A stretch of 46,106 bases of DNA, taken from NCBI GenBank assembly GCA_964647265.1, contig CAZYGP010000001.1, positions 1-46,106 of the forward strand, read 5' to 3'. This document shows positions 18,353 through 26,800 of this stretch, piece after piece. The notes under the pieces are model-generated. The model was not told the DNA's origin and searched no databases. It saw only the letters and a list, made by a program, of their open reading frames with translations. How positions within the stretch are numbered: position 1 is the stretch's first letter; each line of letters starts with the position of its first letter. Position numbers and translations under genes: made by a program. This DNA comes from an uncultured Acidimicrobiaceae bacterium (lineage in GTDB: Bacteria; Actinomycetota; Acidimicrobiia; Spongiisociales; UBA5794).

Positions 18353-19672
18353 ATGCGAGCGCGGACCTCGGTCATGATCGCCGCCATCGCCATGATCGCC
18401 GTGGCATGTAGCGGTGGTGCCGACTCGGCGGGCGACGGCGGCCCTTCCGCTGGTCCGGTCGTGGCATCGCGTGCGACAGGGTTCGAACGGACGCTGCCCG
18501 CAGGCCCCTCTGCTCTTGACGACATGGCACACCCTGCGCTGCCGGTCCCCCTCGTCGAGCCGTCCGAGATCATCCCGGGGGGTCCACCACCCGACGGTAT
18601 CCCGTCGATCGACATTCCCGAGTTCATCCCGATCGCCGCCGCGGACACGTGGCTCGCGGACGAGGAACCGGTGGTGTACCTCGAGATCAACGGCGACGTG
18701 CACGCATACCCGGTCCAGGTGCTCTTGTGGCACGAGATCGTCAACGACACCGTCGGCGGGGTTCCGGTGGCGGTGACCTATTGCCCGTTGTGCAACAGCG
18801 CGGTCAGTTACGAGCGCGCCGTAGATGGGATCGAGACCACGTTCGGGACGTCGGGGAGCCTGTATGCGTCGGCGCTCGTGATGTACGACCGAGCAACCGA
18901 GTCCCTCTGGACGCATTTCGATGGCCGGGCCGTGGCGGGAGTACTCACGGGCCGCAAGCTCGAGCCGATATCGTCGCCGTTGCTGGCGTGGTCGACGTTC
19001 AAGGAGGCCTTTCCCACCGGACTCGTCCTTGACAAGGCGGCGACGGGCTTCGCGTTCCCGTATGGCGAGAACCCGTACGTCGGCTACGACAACCCGGAGT
19101 CGATACCGTTCCTGTTCCGCGGCACCGTCGACACACGCGCACGGGCCAAGGAACGGGTCATCGGTGTGGCGCTTGGAGACGCCGCCTCTGCGTGGACGCT
19201 CGACACCATCTCTGGCGGGCACGCAACCGCCACGAATACAACCGTAGGGGAAGAACCCGTTGTGATCCTGTGGCAAGAGGGACAGGTGACCGCGCTCGAG
19301 ACCCAGCGACTGATCTCGGGGCGGGACGTCGGATCCGTGGGGGTCTTCCGATCGATCGTTGACGGATCCCTCCTCGTCTTCGAGGCAATTGGCGATCGGT
19401 TCGTCGACACCGAGACGGGCACGGAGTGGGACATCACGGGAGCGGCGATCGCCGGCCCCCTCGCCGGCGAAAGGCTCGAGCGCATCCACCACCTCGATAC
19501 GTTCTGGTTCGCATGGTCAACCTACCGACCCGGAACGGACCTCGTGGCTGAGCCTTCCCCGGTACCGAGTCCACCCTCGCCATCAGCGCCGGAGGACGGC
19601 CTTCCCGATGGGCCTCCTGTGAGGCCTCAGCACTTCGGTCGACCCCCGCCCCAATGGGTGAGCTCGTACTGA
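18353..19672 (+). CDS. DUF3179-family lipoprotein (copy 2)
   Basis: The start is set at MRARTSVMIAAIAMIAVAC (lipobox). By eye the core is about 80 percent identical in amino acids to copy 1, including VTYCPLCNSAVSY. Confidence 0.75.
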   Translation: MRARTSVMIAAIAMIAVACSGGADSAGDGGPSAGPVVASRATGFERTLPAGPSALDDMAHPALPVPLVEPSEIIPGGPPPDGIPSIDIPEFIPIAAADTWLADEEPVVYLEINGDVHAYPVQVLLWHEIVNDTVGGVPVAVTYCPLCNSAVSYERAVDGIETTFGTSGSLYASALVMYDRATESLWTHFDGRAVAGVLTGRKLEPISSPLLAWSTFKEAFPTGLVLDKAATGFAFPYGENPYVGYDNPESIPFLFRGTVDTRARAKERVIGVALGDAASAWTLDTISGGHATATNTTVGEEPVVILWQEGQVTALETQRLISGRDVGSVGVFRSIVDGSLLVFEAIGDRFVDTETGTEWDITGAAIAGPLAGERLERIHHLDTFWFAWSTYRPGTDLVAEPSPVPSPPSPSAPEDGLPDGPPVRPQHFGRPPPQWVSSY

Positions 19673-19801
19673 CAGCGCCCGACCGGTGGTTCTCGCGACG
19701 ATCGAGCCCGGATGCGTCGCTTCGTCGATCGTTCACGTCGGAATGGTCCGATGCCGCCGCGGGTTGACATCGGCACCTGCAATCGCTGAGGAGCAAACCT
19801 G

Positions 19802-20617
19802 ATGAATAGCATCGACCTTCCGGCCCTGCGTCCCGATTTCGAGGCAACGCGAGCCACGCTGCACGCCTATGCAAAGGCCGTTGGCGCCATCCCGAGGGCG
19901 CACGGCATCGCCCATCCGAACTGGTGGCACATCAGCCTCAAGGTGAGGCCGGAGGGGCTGGTGACCGACCTCATCCCGCTTCCGGGCGGCGGGGCGATGG
20001 CCATCGTGATGGACGTCAGGCACCACGAGATCGTCGTGCGATCGAGCGAGGGCGCTGTGCGGACCATCGACCTTCGGGATGCGCGAACAGCCTCGGAAAT
20101 GGGGGCGACCTTGGCCTCGATCGCGGCAGAGTTCGGCCTCCCCGACGTGTACGAACGCGACCGATTCGAGAGTGACGATGCCAGAACGTACGATCCGGCT
20201 GCGGCCGCTGCGTACCTCGATGCGTTCGTGGACGTGACGGCCACCTTCGAGCGACATCGGGTGACGCTGGGCGACCGCGTCGGCCCGATCCAGGTGTGGC
20301 CGCACAACTTCGATCTGGCATTCGAATGGTTCGGAACACGCACCCAGGAACACGACGGGGTCGTGCTGCCGTCACAGCTGAACCTCGGCTTCTATCCGGC
20401 AGGCGATGAGCCCTACTTCTACTCGAATCCGTGGCCGTTCGACGAGAGCCTCACCGACACACCCCTGCCAGAGGGCGCTGTGTGGCACACGGAGGGGTGG
20501 CAGGGCACGCTGTTGCCATATGCCGTCGTACAGGCCGATCCCGACGGACCCGCACGGCTTGCCGCCTACGCCCGAGCCGTGTTCGACGCCGCCTCCCCGA
20601 CCCTCGAGGCCACGTGA
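19802..20617 (+). CDS. Conserved hypothetical protein (possibly DUF5996-like)
   Basis: An RBS (gaggagcaaacctgATG) precedes the start. The 271-aa product is soluble and contains WPHNFDLAFEWF. The family name is recalled from memory, not verified. Confidence 0.55.
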   Translation: MNSIDLPALRPDFEATRATLHAYAKAVGAIPRAHGIAHPNWWHISLKVRPEGLVTDLIPLPGGGAMAIVMDVRHHEIVVRSSEGAVRTIDLRDARTASEMGATLASIAAEFGLPDVYERDRFESDDARTYDPAAAAAYLDAFVDVTATFERHRVTLGDRVGPIQVWPHNFDLAFEWFGTRTQEHDGVVLPSQLNLGFYPAGDEPYFYSNPWPFDESLTDTPLPEGAVWHTEGWQGTLLPYAVVQADPDGPARLAAYARAVFDAASPTLEAT

Positions 20618-21354
20618 GCACTGGACAACCGACACGAGCCCGTGGCCGCTCGGAGCCGCCCGGCCCGGCGGAGCGCCAACTCGTTCAACATTACGCGTGG
20701 CTTGCACGCTCGTTTGGCCGGACCGACTACCTCCTGCTCAGCCCCGACGACCTCGGTGCGCTCGACGCTGCCGGCACCTATGTCACGAGGTACCCGGGGA
20801 CGCACCTCTTTCGTGAGGGTGAGCCATCCACGGCTGCGTACGTCATCCAGAAGGGGAGCGTGGAGCTGTACCGCGGAAGCCGCTCCGACGCCATGATCGT
20901 CGCACGGGCGAAGTCGGGCTCGGTCATCGGCGACATCGCCATGTTCCGTGACGAACCGTACATCCAGTCGGCGAGAGCCATCGACGCCGTGACAGCGCTC
21001 CGTCTCGATAGGAACCTTCTGATCCCCCTCCTCCTCCATCGACCCGTCATCGCACTCAGGTGGCTCGTATCCGGTCTTACACAGCTGGAACAGACGCAGC
21101 GGCGTGTCCTCGGCCTGATGCACCGCACGGTCCTCGAGCAGGTTGCCGGCCTCATCCTCGATGAGGTCGATGCAGATGGTGAGGTTCATCTCTCCCAGGC
21201 TGCGATCGCCACGCTCCTCGGCGCCAGCCGCCAATCCGTCAATGAGGCGCTCGCCACACTCCGGGAACGGGGCGTGGTCGAAACCGGGTACAGGGTCATT
21301 CGGCTGGTCGACCGTGACGCTGCATTGGATGCCTTCGCCGCATACGTGGAGTGA
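20614..21354 (+). CDS. Crp/Fnr-family transcriptional regulator
   Basis: A cNMP-binding-like beta-roll (LFREGEPSTAAYVIQKGSVELYR...GDIAMF) is followed by a C-terminal HTH (SQAAIATLLGASRQSVNEALATLRERG). The GTG at 20614 overlaps the upstream stop as GTGA. Confidence 0.75.
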   Translation: MSTGQPTRARGRSEPPGPAERQLVQHYAWLARSFGRTDYLLLSPDDLGALDAAGTYVTRYPGTHLFREGEPSTAAYVIQKGSVELYRGSRSDAMIVARAKSGSVIGDIAMFRDEPYIQSARAIDAVTALRLDRNLLIPLLLHRPVIALRWLVSGLTQLEQTQRRVLGLMHRTVLEQVAGLILDEVDADGEVHLSQAAIATLLGASRQSVNEALATLRERGVVETGYRVIRLVDRDAALDAFAAYVE

Positions 21355-21484
21355 CAGGGCACGGGACACTCGACTGTCCGAAATCCGACGCGTTGGAGCT
21401 CGTGACGAGCCACGTGGAGTTGTGACGGGAACGGCGAGGTGCCAGCTTCGCCTTCCGCCCACGACACAGAAAGAGGATGCCAAG

Positions 21485-22030
21485 ATGACCCGTGTCCCGA
21501 TCCATGACCTCGATTCGGCCCCGGAAGGGAGTCGCCGAGCGCTCGAGCGAGCGGCCGGCAGGACAGGGCGGATCCTCAACATCCATGGCGCTATGGCGGT
21601 TTCGCCGCTGCTCGTCGATCTGTACGACACCATGGAATCGACGCTTGCGGAGCGGTCGTCGCTCGGCGAACCGCTTCGGCAGGCCATCCACCTGGCCGTG
21701 GCGGCATCCAACGAATGCGGCTACTGCCAGTCCGCTTATACAGGCGCCGCCCGTCGGAATGGCTTCACGGTCGACGAGACGATCCAGATCCGCAAGGGAT
21801 TCCTCGATGGGAAAGACGATCTGACCTCGGTGCTGCGGGTCGCGCAGGAGATCGCGGAGAACAAAGGGTACGTGGACGAGCGGACGTGGAACGCGGCGCT
21901 GTCGGAGGGCTGGACCGAGGAGCAGTTGCTCGAGGTGTACGCGGAGGTGGTGCGCACCATATTCACGAACTACTTCAACCACCTCGTCGTGACGGCGATG
22001 GACCTTCCCCCAGCACCGCCTATCGAGTGA
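21485..22030 (+). CDS. Carboxymuconolactone decarboxylase (AhpD-like) family protein
   Basis: An RBS (aaagaggatgcc) precedes the start. The AhpD-type motif SNECGYCQSAY (CxxC) is present. Confidence 0.7.
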   Translation: MTRVPIHDLDSAPEGSRRALERAAGRTGRILNIHGAMAVSPLLVDLYDTMESTLAERSSLGEPLRQAIHLAVAASNECGYCQSAYTGAARRNGFTVDETIQIRKGFLDGKDDLTSVLRVAQEIAENKGYVDERTWNAALSEGWTEEQLLEVYAEVVRTIFTNYFNHLVVTAMDLPPAPPIE

Positions 22031-22086
22031 AGACGATCGCAGGCATGGTGCCCCACCGAGCCGGAGCCGATCACCGACGTCGGTTC

Positions 22087-22821
22087 TCAGCTCGGCCGGA
22101 GCGGCACGCGGTACCGATCACCGAAGATCGCCTGCGGGACATCGATTCCCGCTCGCAGGTAGACCTCTCGTGGAATGCCGATGTCGGCGAGGGTGACGGC
22201 TCCGGCAGCCGCCGTGTCGAGTCCGGTCTTGGGGAGCGCCAACGTCAACGTCACCGACGCAGCGACGTGGGCGCCGGGAGCCTCGCCAGTGCCGGCGTCG
22301 ATGCCCGATGGAACGTCAAGGGACAGGACGGGCGCGCTCTGGTGGGCGATCCAGTCGATCATCCGAGCGGCCGGGCACCTCGGCGCTCCGCCGAGGCTGT
22401 ACCCGATGATCGCATCGACGATGATGCCAGGCTCGAGGCTGTCGAGGCCATCGATCGGTAGGATCGTGCCGCCTGCGGCTCTGTACACACCCAGCTGCTG
22501 AAGCGGCACCGGTGCCAACCCCCCATCATCCGTCACCACGACGGCGACGTTCGCCCCTCGATTGACGAGATGGCGAGCCGCGCAGATGCCTCCTCCGCCG
22601 TTGCCGCCCGTGCCCGCGAGCACGACGACGGGGGTCTCGGCCCACCCATCTCCGGCGATGGTGATCAGGTGCTCGGCGAGGTTCCTGCCGGCGTTTTCCA
22701 TCATCTGGTAGAGATTGGGGCCGAGCTCCTCGATCGCGACACGATCGACTTCGCGCATCTGGTCGGTGGTGACGGCGGGAACTCGTACGCCACGGTCGGT
22801 GAGGAAGCTCGAAGCAGTCAT
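22087..22821 (-). CDS. NAD(P)H-hydrate epimerase (YjeF N-terminal domain)
   Basis: LYQMMENAGRNLAEH and VVLAGTGGNGGGGICAARHL are present. The start is trimmed to the Met at 22821. Confidence 0.75.
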   Translation of the reverse strand: MTASSFLTDRGVRVPAVTTDQMREVDRVAIEELGPNLYQMMENAGRNLAEHLITIAGDGWAETPVVVLAGTGGNGGGGICAARHLVNRGANVAVVVTDDGGLAPVPLQQLGVYRAAGGTILPIDGLDSLEPGIIVDAIIGYSLGGAPRCPAARMIDWIAHQSAPVLSLDVPSGIDAGTGEAPGAHVAASVTLTLALPKTGLDTAAAGAVTLADIGIPREVYLRAGIDVPQAIFGDRYRVPLRPS

Positions 22822-22828
22822 CGGTTGG

Positions 22829-23770
22829 TCATGTCCGTTGTCCTTCGTCCATCGCGATGGGTCTACCGGATTCTCGTATGGCGATTGCTGCTCCGACGAT
22901 TCCCGCATCGTTGCCGAGCACTGCGGGGACTGCGGGTGCTGAAGTGTCGAGGCTGGCGCAGAATCGGTGGAACTCCGCACTTATCCCGCCCCCGATGATG
23001 AACACGTCAGGCCAGAGGAGGCGGTCGAGTTCCCTGAGGAAGACGGACAGATGTCCGCTCCATTGATGCCAGTCCTGCTCATGGCGCTCCTTTGCGCGAG
23101 TCGAGGCGACCCGCTCTGCTTCCACGCCGTCGATGATGAGGTGTCCGTACTCGCTGTTCGGTACCAGTCGCCCTTCCGTGAACACTGCTGTCCCGATGCC
23201 CGTTCCAAGAGTGACCATGACGGCCACACCGGCGTGACCTTTCCCCGCTCCATGGCGCATCTCCGCGAGTCCCGCGGCGTCCGCGTCGTTCATGACGGCC
23301 ACGGGCCGGCCCCCGAGGTGGTGAGAGAACAGCTCACAGGCATCGAGTCCGATCCAATCCGGATGCAGGTTGGCGGCAGTTTCCGTGACCCCCCGTCTCA
23401 CGACTCCGGGGAATCCGAAGCCCACATGTACCGGACTCCCGATGGCGAGCACGAGTTCAGCGGCCTGCTCGGCGACGGCTTCGGGGGTGGCGGGACGGGG
23501 CGTCGCAGCGGTTCGCCGAGCACCGACGAGGATTCCCCGATCGAGGTCCACGAGCGCTGCCTTGATACCGGTGCCGCCGATGTCGACTCCGACCCCCTGG
23601 GTCACCCACGAAGTCCGCACCTGCTCCTCCTGACGTCGGTTCAGGCGCGCGATCGTCGCTGGTCGTGAGTAGCCGGTCCGCGCCCTGGAGAGTGGCGCTG
23701 CGTCGTCCTTGATCCGGAGCTCGACAACCGGTCGTACCGATCCGTCGCTGATGGCCCCGAACGGTTCCAT
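22829..23770 (-). CDS. ppgK: Polyphosphate/ATP glucokinase (ROK family, PpgK-like)
   Basis: GVDIGGTGIKAALVDL, MNDADAAGLAEMRHGAGKG, TLGTGIGTAVF, PNSEYGHL and IIGGGIS are present. The start is uncertain: the Met at 23770 is chosen, but a later GTG is possible. Confidence 0.8.
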   Translation of the reverse strand: MEPFGAISDGSVRPVVELRIKDDAAPLSRARTGYSRPATIARLNRRQEEQVRTSWVTQGVGVDIGGTGIKAALVDLDRGILVGARRTAATPRPATPEAVAEQAAELVLAIGSPVHVGFGFPGVVRRGVTETAANLHPDWIGLDACELFSHHLGGRPVAVMNDADAAGLAEMRHGAGKGHAGVAVMVTLGTGIGTAVFTEGRLVPNSEYGHLIIDGVEAERVASTRAKERHEQDWHQWSGHLSVFLRELDRLLWPDVFIIGGGISAEFHRFCASLDTSAPAVPAVLGNDAGIVGAAIAIRESGRPIAMDEGQRT

Positions 23771-23870
23771 CGCACCGATCTCGTTGGCGGGATGCATCGC
23801 CACGTTCGATGCGAGCTTCCATGTCGCTGTGATTGGCAATGGGGGGCCCTGCCCCGGGTCCCCCATCAGA

Positions 23871-24266
23871 TCACGCCCGGTCCATGTGGGACCTGAGCGC
23901 TTCGGCACCGGCAGCGGCCACCGCCTTCATCGACTCGGCGGCCTCGTCTGGCTCGATTGTCATCTCCCAGGTGAACCGGGATCCGGCGCCTTCGGACTCG
24001 ATCCACATCGCCGCCCGATGGTGATCGAAGCTCGTTGGGCCGTCGAGGATCGTGTATTCGTAGCGACGCGTTGCGTCGTCACGGGAGAGCACCTTCTCCA
24101 CCAGCGGGGGTGACCCGTTGGGGAATTCGCAGACCCGCTCGTCCCCGACGAGGGAGGACGCCTCCACTCCGGGCATCCAGGCTGACAATCCACCGATGTC
24201 GCCAACCACGCTCCAGACCTCGTCCGGTGTGCGATCGATGTACACGTCTGCTCGAATCGTTGTCAT
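23871..24266 (-). CDS. SRPBCC family protein (131 aa)
   Basis: The N-terminus DRTPDEVWSVVGDIGGLSAWMPGV is typical of SRPBCC/START-like proteins. Confidence 0.65.
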   Translation of the reverse strand: MTTIRADVYIDRTPDEVWSVVGDIGGLSAWMPGVEASSLVGDERVCEFPNGSPPLVEKVLSRDDATRRYEYTILDGPTSFDHHRAAMWIESEGAGSRFTWEMTIEPDEAAESMKAVAAAGAEALRSHMDRA

Positions 24267-24371
24267 GGTTCAGCCCTTCTTCGATTGGAACATTGACAAC
24301 GCGTGCGCTGAGCGACGCTTCCACGATGGACGAAAACCCGTCATTGCGACGAGTCAGGTTGATCTCCCGAC

Positions 24372-25090
24372 TCAGCAGAGACCCGTCTCCGGGTCGCACA
24401 CCAGACCGGCATTGAGATCGCCGTAGCGATCCTCGAGCCACCTCGTCAACGCAGGCTCGAGTTGATCCCACGGGACGAATCCGCGAGTCACGACGCCCAA
24501 CTCGCCCCCATCACGGAGCGCCACTGTCGGGAAGCCGGACACCCCGTATCGCCGTGCCTCCGCGAAGTCCCGCTTCGTTCGCTCGGCCGTCGACTCGTCG
24601 GTGAGCACCTCGGTGAATAGGTCCCGGTCGACGCCGAAGCCGTCCAGGAGGTCCGGGAAGGTGTCCAGATCGGTGATGTCGACTCCCCTCACATAGAACG
24701 CTTCATGAAGCCGGGCCACCCACCGCAGCGTCTCGGCGGGAGCCAGCTCGCGCATCGCCACCACAGCCCGACACGAGGGTTCGGTGTCGTAGCTCCAGTC
24801 CCCGCGCTCGAGTGCCGCAGTGGTGAAAGGCTGGCCCGAGCGCTGCTTCACGACCTTCCAGTAGTCGCCGAGTTGACGCCGCGCATCGGCGTTCATCGGT
24901 TGGACCTGGGACCCGGTTCGGAGGCCTCCCATCACGACTCGCATTCGATCGAGTAGCGGGTGCCCATCTGCTCGAGTGCCGGGGAGAATCCCCAGCACCA
25001 ACTGCACATGGGGTCGCCGACATAGATGAATTCGAGATCCGTTTGGTGCCGAACGTCGAGCCCGAGATCCAGTGGCAGTGACGTGTTCAT
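24372..25090 (-). pseudogene. DsbA-family thioredoxin-fold gene interrupted by a frameshift
   Basis: The frame starting at ATG 25090 gives MNTSLPLDLGLDVRHQTDLEFIYVGDPMCSWCWGFSPALEQMGTRYSIECES and stops at 24932-24934. The rest of the family sequence (RVVMGGLRTG...GFPTVAL...) continues in another frame as the 24372-25007 ORF. Confidence 0.7.
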
Positions 25091-25230
25091 ATGATCAACT
25101 CCTCGTCATGCGGCAACACGCCATCGGCGCCGAAACTTCCGAATGCATCGCGGCCGTTGCTGAAGACTGTCAGACACATGGGCACACCGAGCATGAGGGA
25201 ATATCGGGGCGCGTGGCGTGTTGAGTCGGC

Positions 25231-25803
25231 ATGCAGTATGAGGTCACGTTTGATTACCTATGCCCGTTTGCCCGCAACGCCAACGAGGCGGTGGTCGAGG
25301 GCCTTCGGCTGGGGCGAGACTGGGACGTTGCGTTCCGACCGTTCTCCCTCGCCCAAGTCCATGTCGAGGACGGTGAGCCGCCGGTGTTCGATGACATCAC
25401 CAAGCCGGGAATCCTCGCTCTCCAGTGGGGGGTCGCGATCCGCGACGTCGAACCGGGGAACTTCTCGGCAGCCCACGTGGCGCTCTTCGCCGCTCGACAC
25501 GACCATGGGCTCGACCTCTCAGATGGGTCGGTGATCCGATCCGCGCTCACCGAGACGGGCGTGGATGTGGATTTGATCGCCGACGTCGTCGCCTCAGGCG
25601 TCCCGGCCGAGACGCTCACCTCCGAGCACATCGAGTCGGTCCACCGTTGGCAGGTGTTCGGGGTCCCGACGTTCATACGGCACGACGTGGCGACGTTCGT
25701 GCGCTTCATGAGCCGCGGCGGCGTCGACGATCTCGACCGGATGCTCGAGATGCTCGACTGGCAGGACTTGAACGAGTTCAAGCGGACGGTCGCTCCCCGC
25801 TGA
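25231..25803 (+). CDS. DsbA-like thioredoxin-fold protein with a single-Cys CPFA motif
   Basis: The N-terminus VTFDYLCPFARNA and the C-terminal VFGVPTFI are typical of DSBA/HCCA-isomerase-like proteins. It is divergent from the frameshifted paralog. Confidence 0.65.
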   Translation: MQYEVTFDYLCPFARNANEAVVEGLRLGRDWDVAFRPFSLAQVHVEDGEPPVFDDITKPGILALQWGVAIRDVEPGNFSAAHVALFAARHDHGLDLSDGSVIRSALTETGVDVDLIADVVASGVPAETLTSEHIESVHRWQVFGVPTFIRHDVATFVRFMSRGGVDDLDRMLEMLDWQDLNEFKRTVAPR

Positions 25804-26191
25804 CCCGAGCGTCACCGTGGATGCGCTTATCCGCGATTCAGGACGTCCCGTGATCGCCTGGAGGTGCGAGACGATGGATACGTTCCATTGGGTTCGGCAG
25901 TGGCTACTGCCTCCAATGTCCTGATGGCGGGCATCGTGGAGATGATTCGGAGGAAGGGGAAGCTAGTCCAGACCATGGGCTGGGTTGGGCTGGCGACTTC
26001 ATATCGAGCACGATTGAGGCAAGAGGTGTGGCTGAGCCGCTGGCAGCGGTCCGCCTGGTCGTGCCCTCCCTCATCGGCGTCGCCCCGATCCCCTCGCCAC
26101 TCGCTGCAACCGCGCTCGTGGAAACTCCGAACGGTGGCGCGGTCCCACATCCCTGCGAGGCCGCGCGGGCGATCGATCACGGTCGATCCGG

Positions 26192-26800
26192 TCAGAGGAT
26201 CGGATCCATCGATCTGAGGTGGCAGGCCTCGTTCCAGTGTCGTACCACTCGGTTCTCGCGTTCCCAGCCCAGTGTGGAAGCGGTGGCCGTATCGAGTCGG
26301 AGGTGGCGCCCGGCATCCGCAGGGAGGTTCATCCACCGTGCGGTCAGGATTCGCAGGACGTGGCCGTGGGCGAAGAGGGCGACGGGACCATCCGTTTCGA
26401 TGGCGCTTGCGATGACCCTGTCCACCCTGGCTCCGACCTGTTCGATCGACTCTCCGTCGATCATGGGGTGCGTCCACACCGACCAATCCGGGATCTCCGC
26501 CCGGATGTCGTTCGTGCGTCGTCCCTCGTAGATGCCGTAGTCCCACTCCATGAGATCATGGGACACCGAAGCTTCGAAGGTCCCGGCGGTCTCCATTGTG
26601 TCCCACGCTCGGGAGAGAGGACTCGAGAGCACGAGAGCGAACTGTGCCCCCGCCAACATCGTCCCCAGCGCAACGGCCTGGCGCCGACCGAGATCGGTGA
26701 GGGGTACGTCGGTGTGGCCCGTGTGCCTCCCCGACCTGCTCCACTCGGTTTGGCCGTGTCGGACCAGGATCACGTCGTGGTGTCCGCCGCTCGACGTCAT
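26192..26800 (-). CDS. Histidine phosphatase (phosphoglycerate-mutase-like) family protein
   Basis: The catalytic motif VILVRHGQTEWS is present, with FAHGHVLR downstream. The ATG at 26800 forms an ATGA overlap with the zwf stop. Confidence 0.75.
   Translation of the reverse strand: MTSSGGHHDVILVRHGQTEWSRSGRHTGHTDVPLTDLGRRQAVALGTMLAGAQFALVLSSPLSRAWDTMETAGTFEASVSHDLMEWDYGIYEGRRTNDIRAEIPDWSVWTHPMIDGESIEQVGARVDRVIASAIETDGPVALFAHGHVLRILTARWMNLPADAGRHLRLDTATASTLGWERENRVVRHWNEACHLRSMDPIL

Noticed and set aside
21355-21484. A Crp-type binding site upstream of the AhpD-like gene, downstream of the Crp/Fnr regulator.
   Set aside because: Only partial half-sites (GTGAC, TGTGA) are present, with no TGTGA-N6-TCACA-type dyad.
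26055-26100. A 6C-type actinobacterial sRNA, suggested by C-rich runs (ccctccctc, cgccccgatcccctcgcc).
   Set aside because: I could not fold the two C-rich stretches into the paired stem-loops with C-rich loops that the motif requires. The stems found are only 4 bp long.
25864-26217. The 117-aa plus-strand ORF filling the long convergent intergenic gap.
   Set aside because: Its composition (W/R/S/P-rich, for example SRWQRSAWSCPPSSASPRSPRHS) looks non-coding. It has no RBS, and its end overlaps the phosphatase gene.
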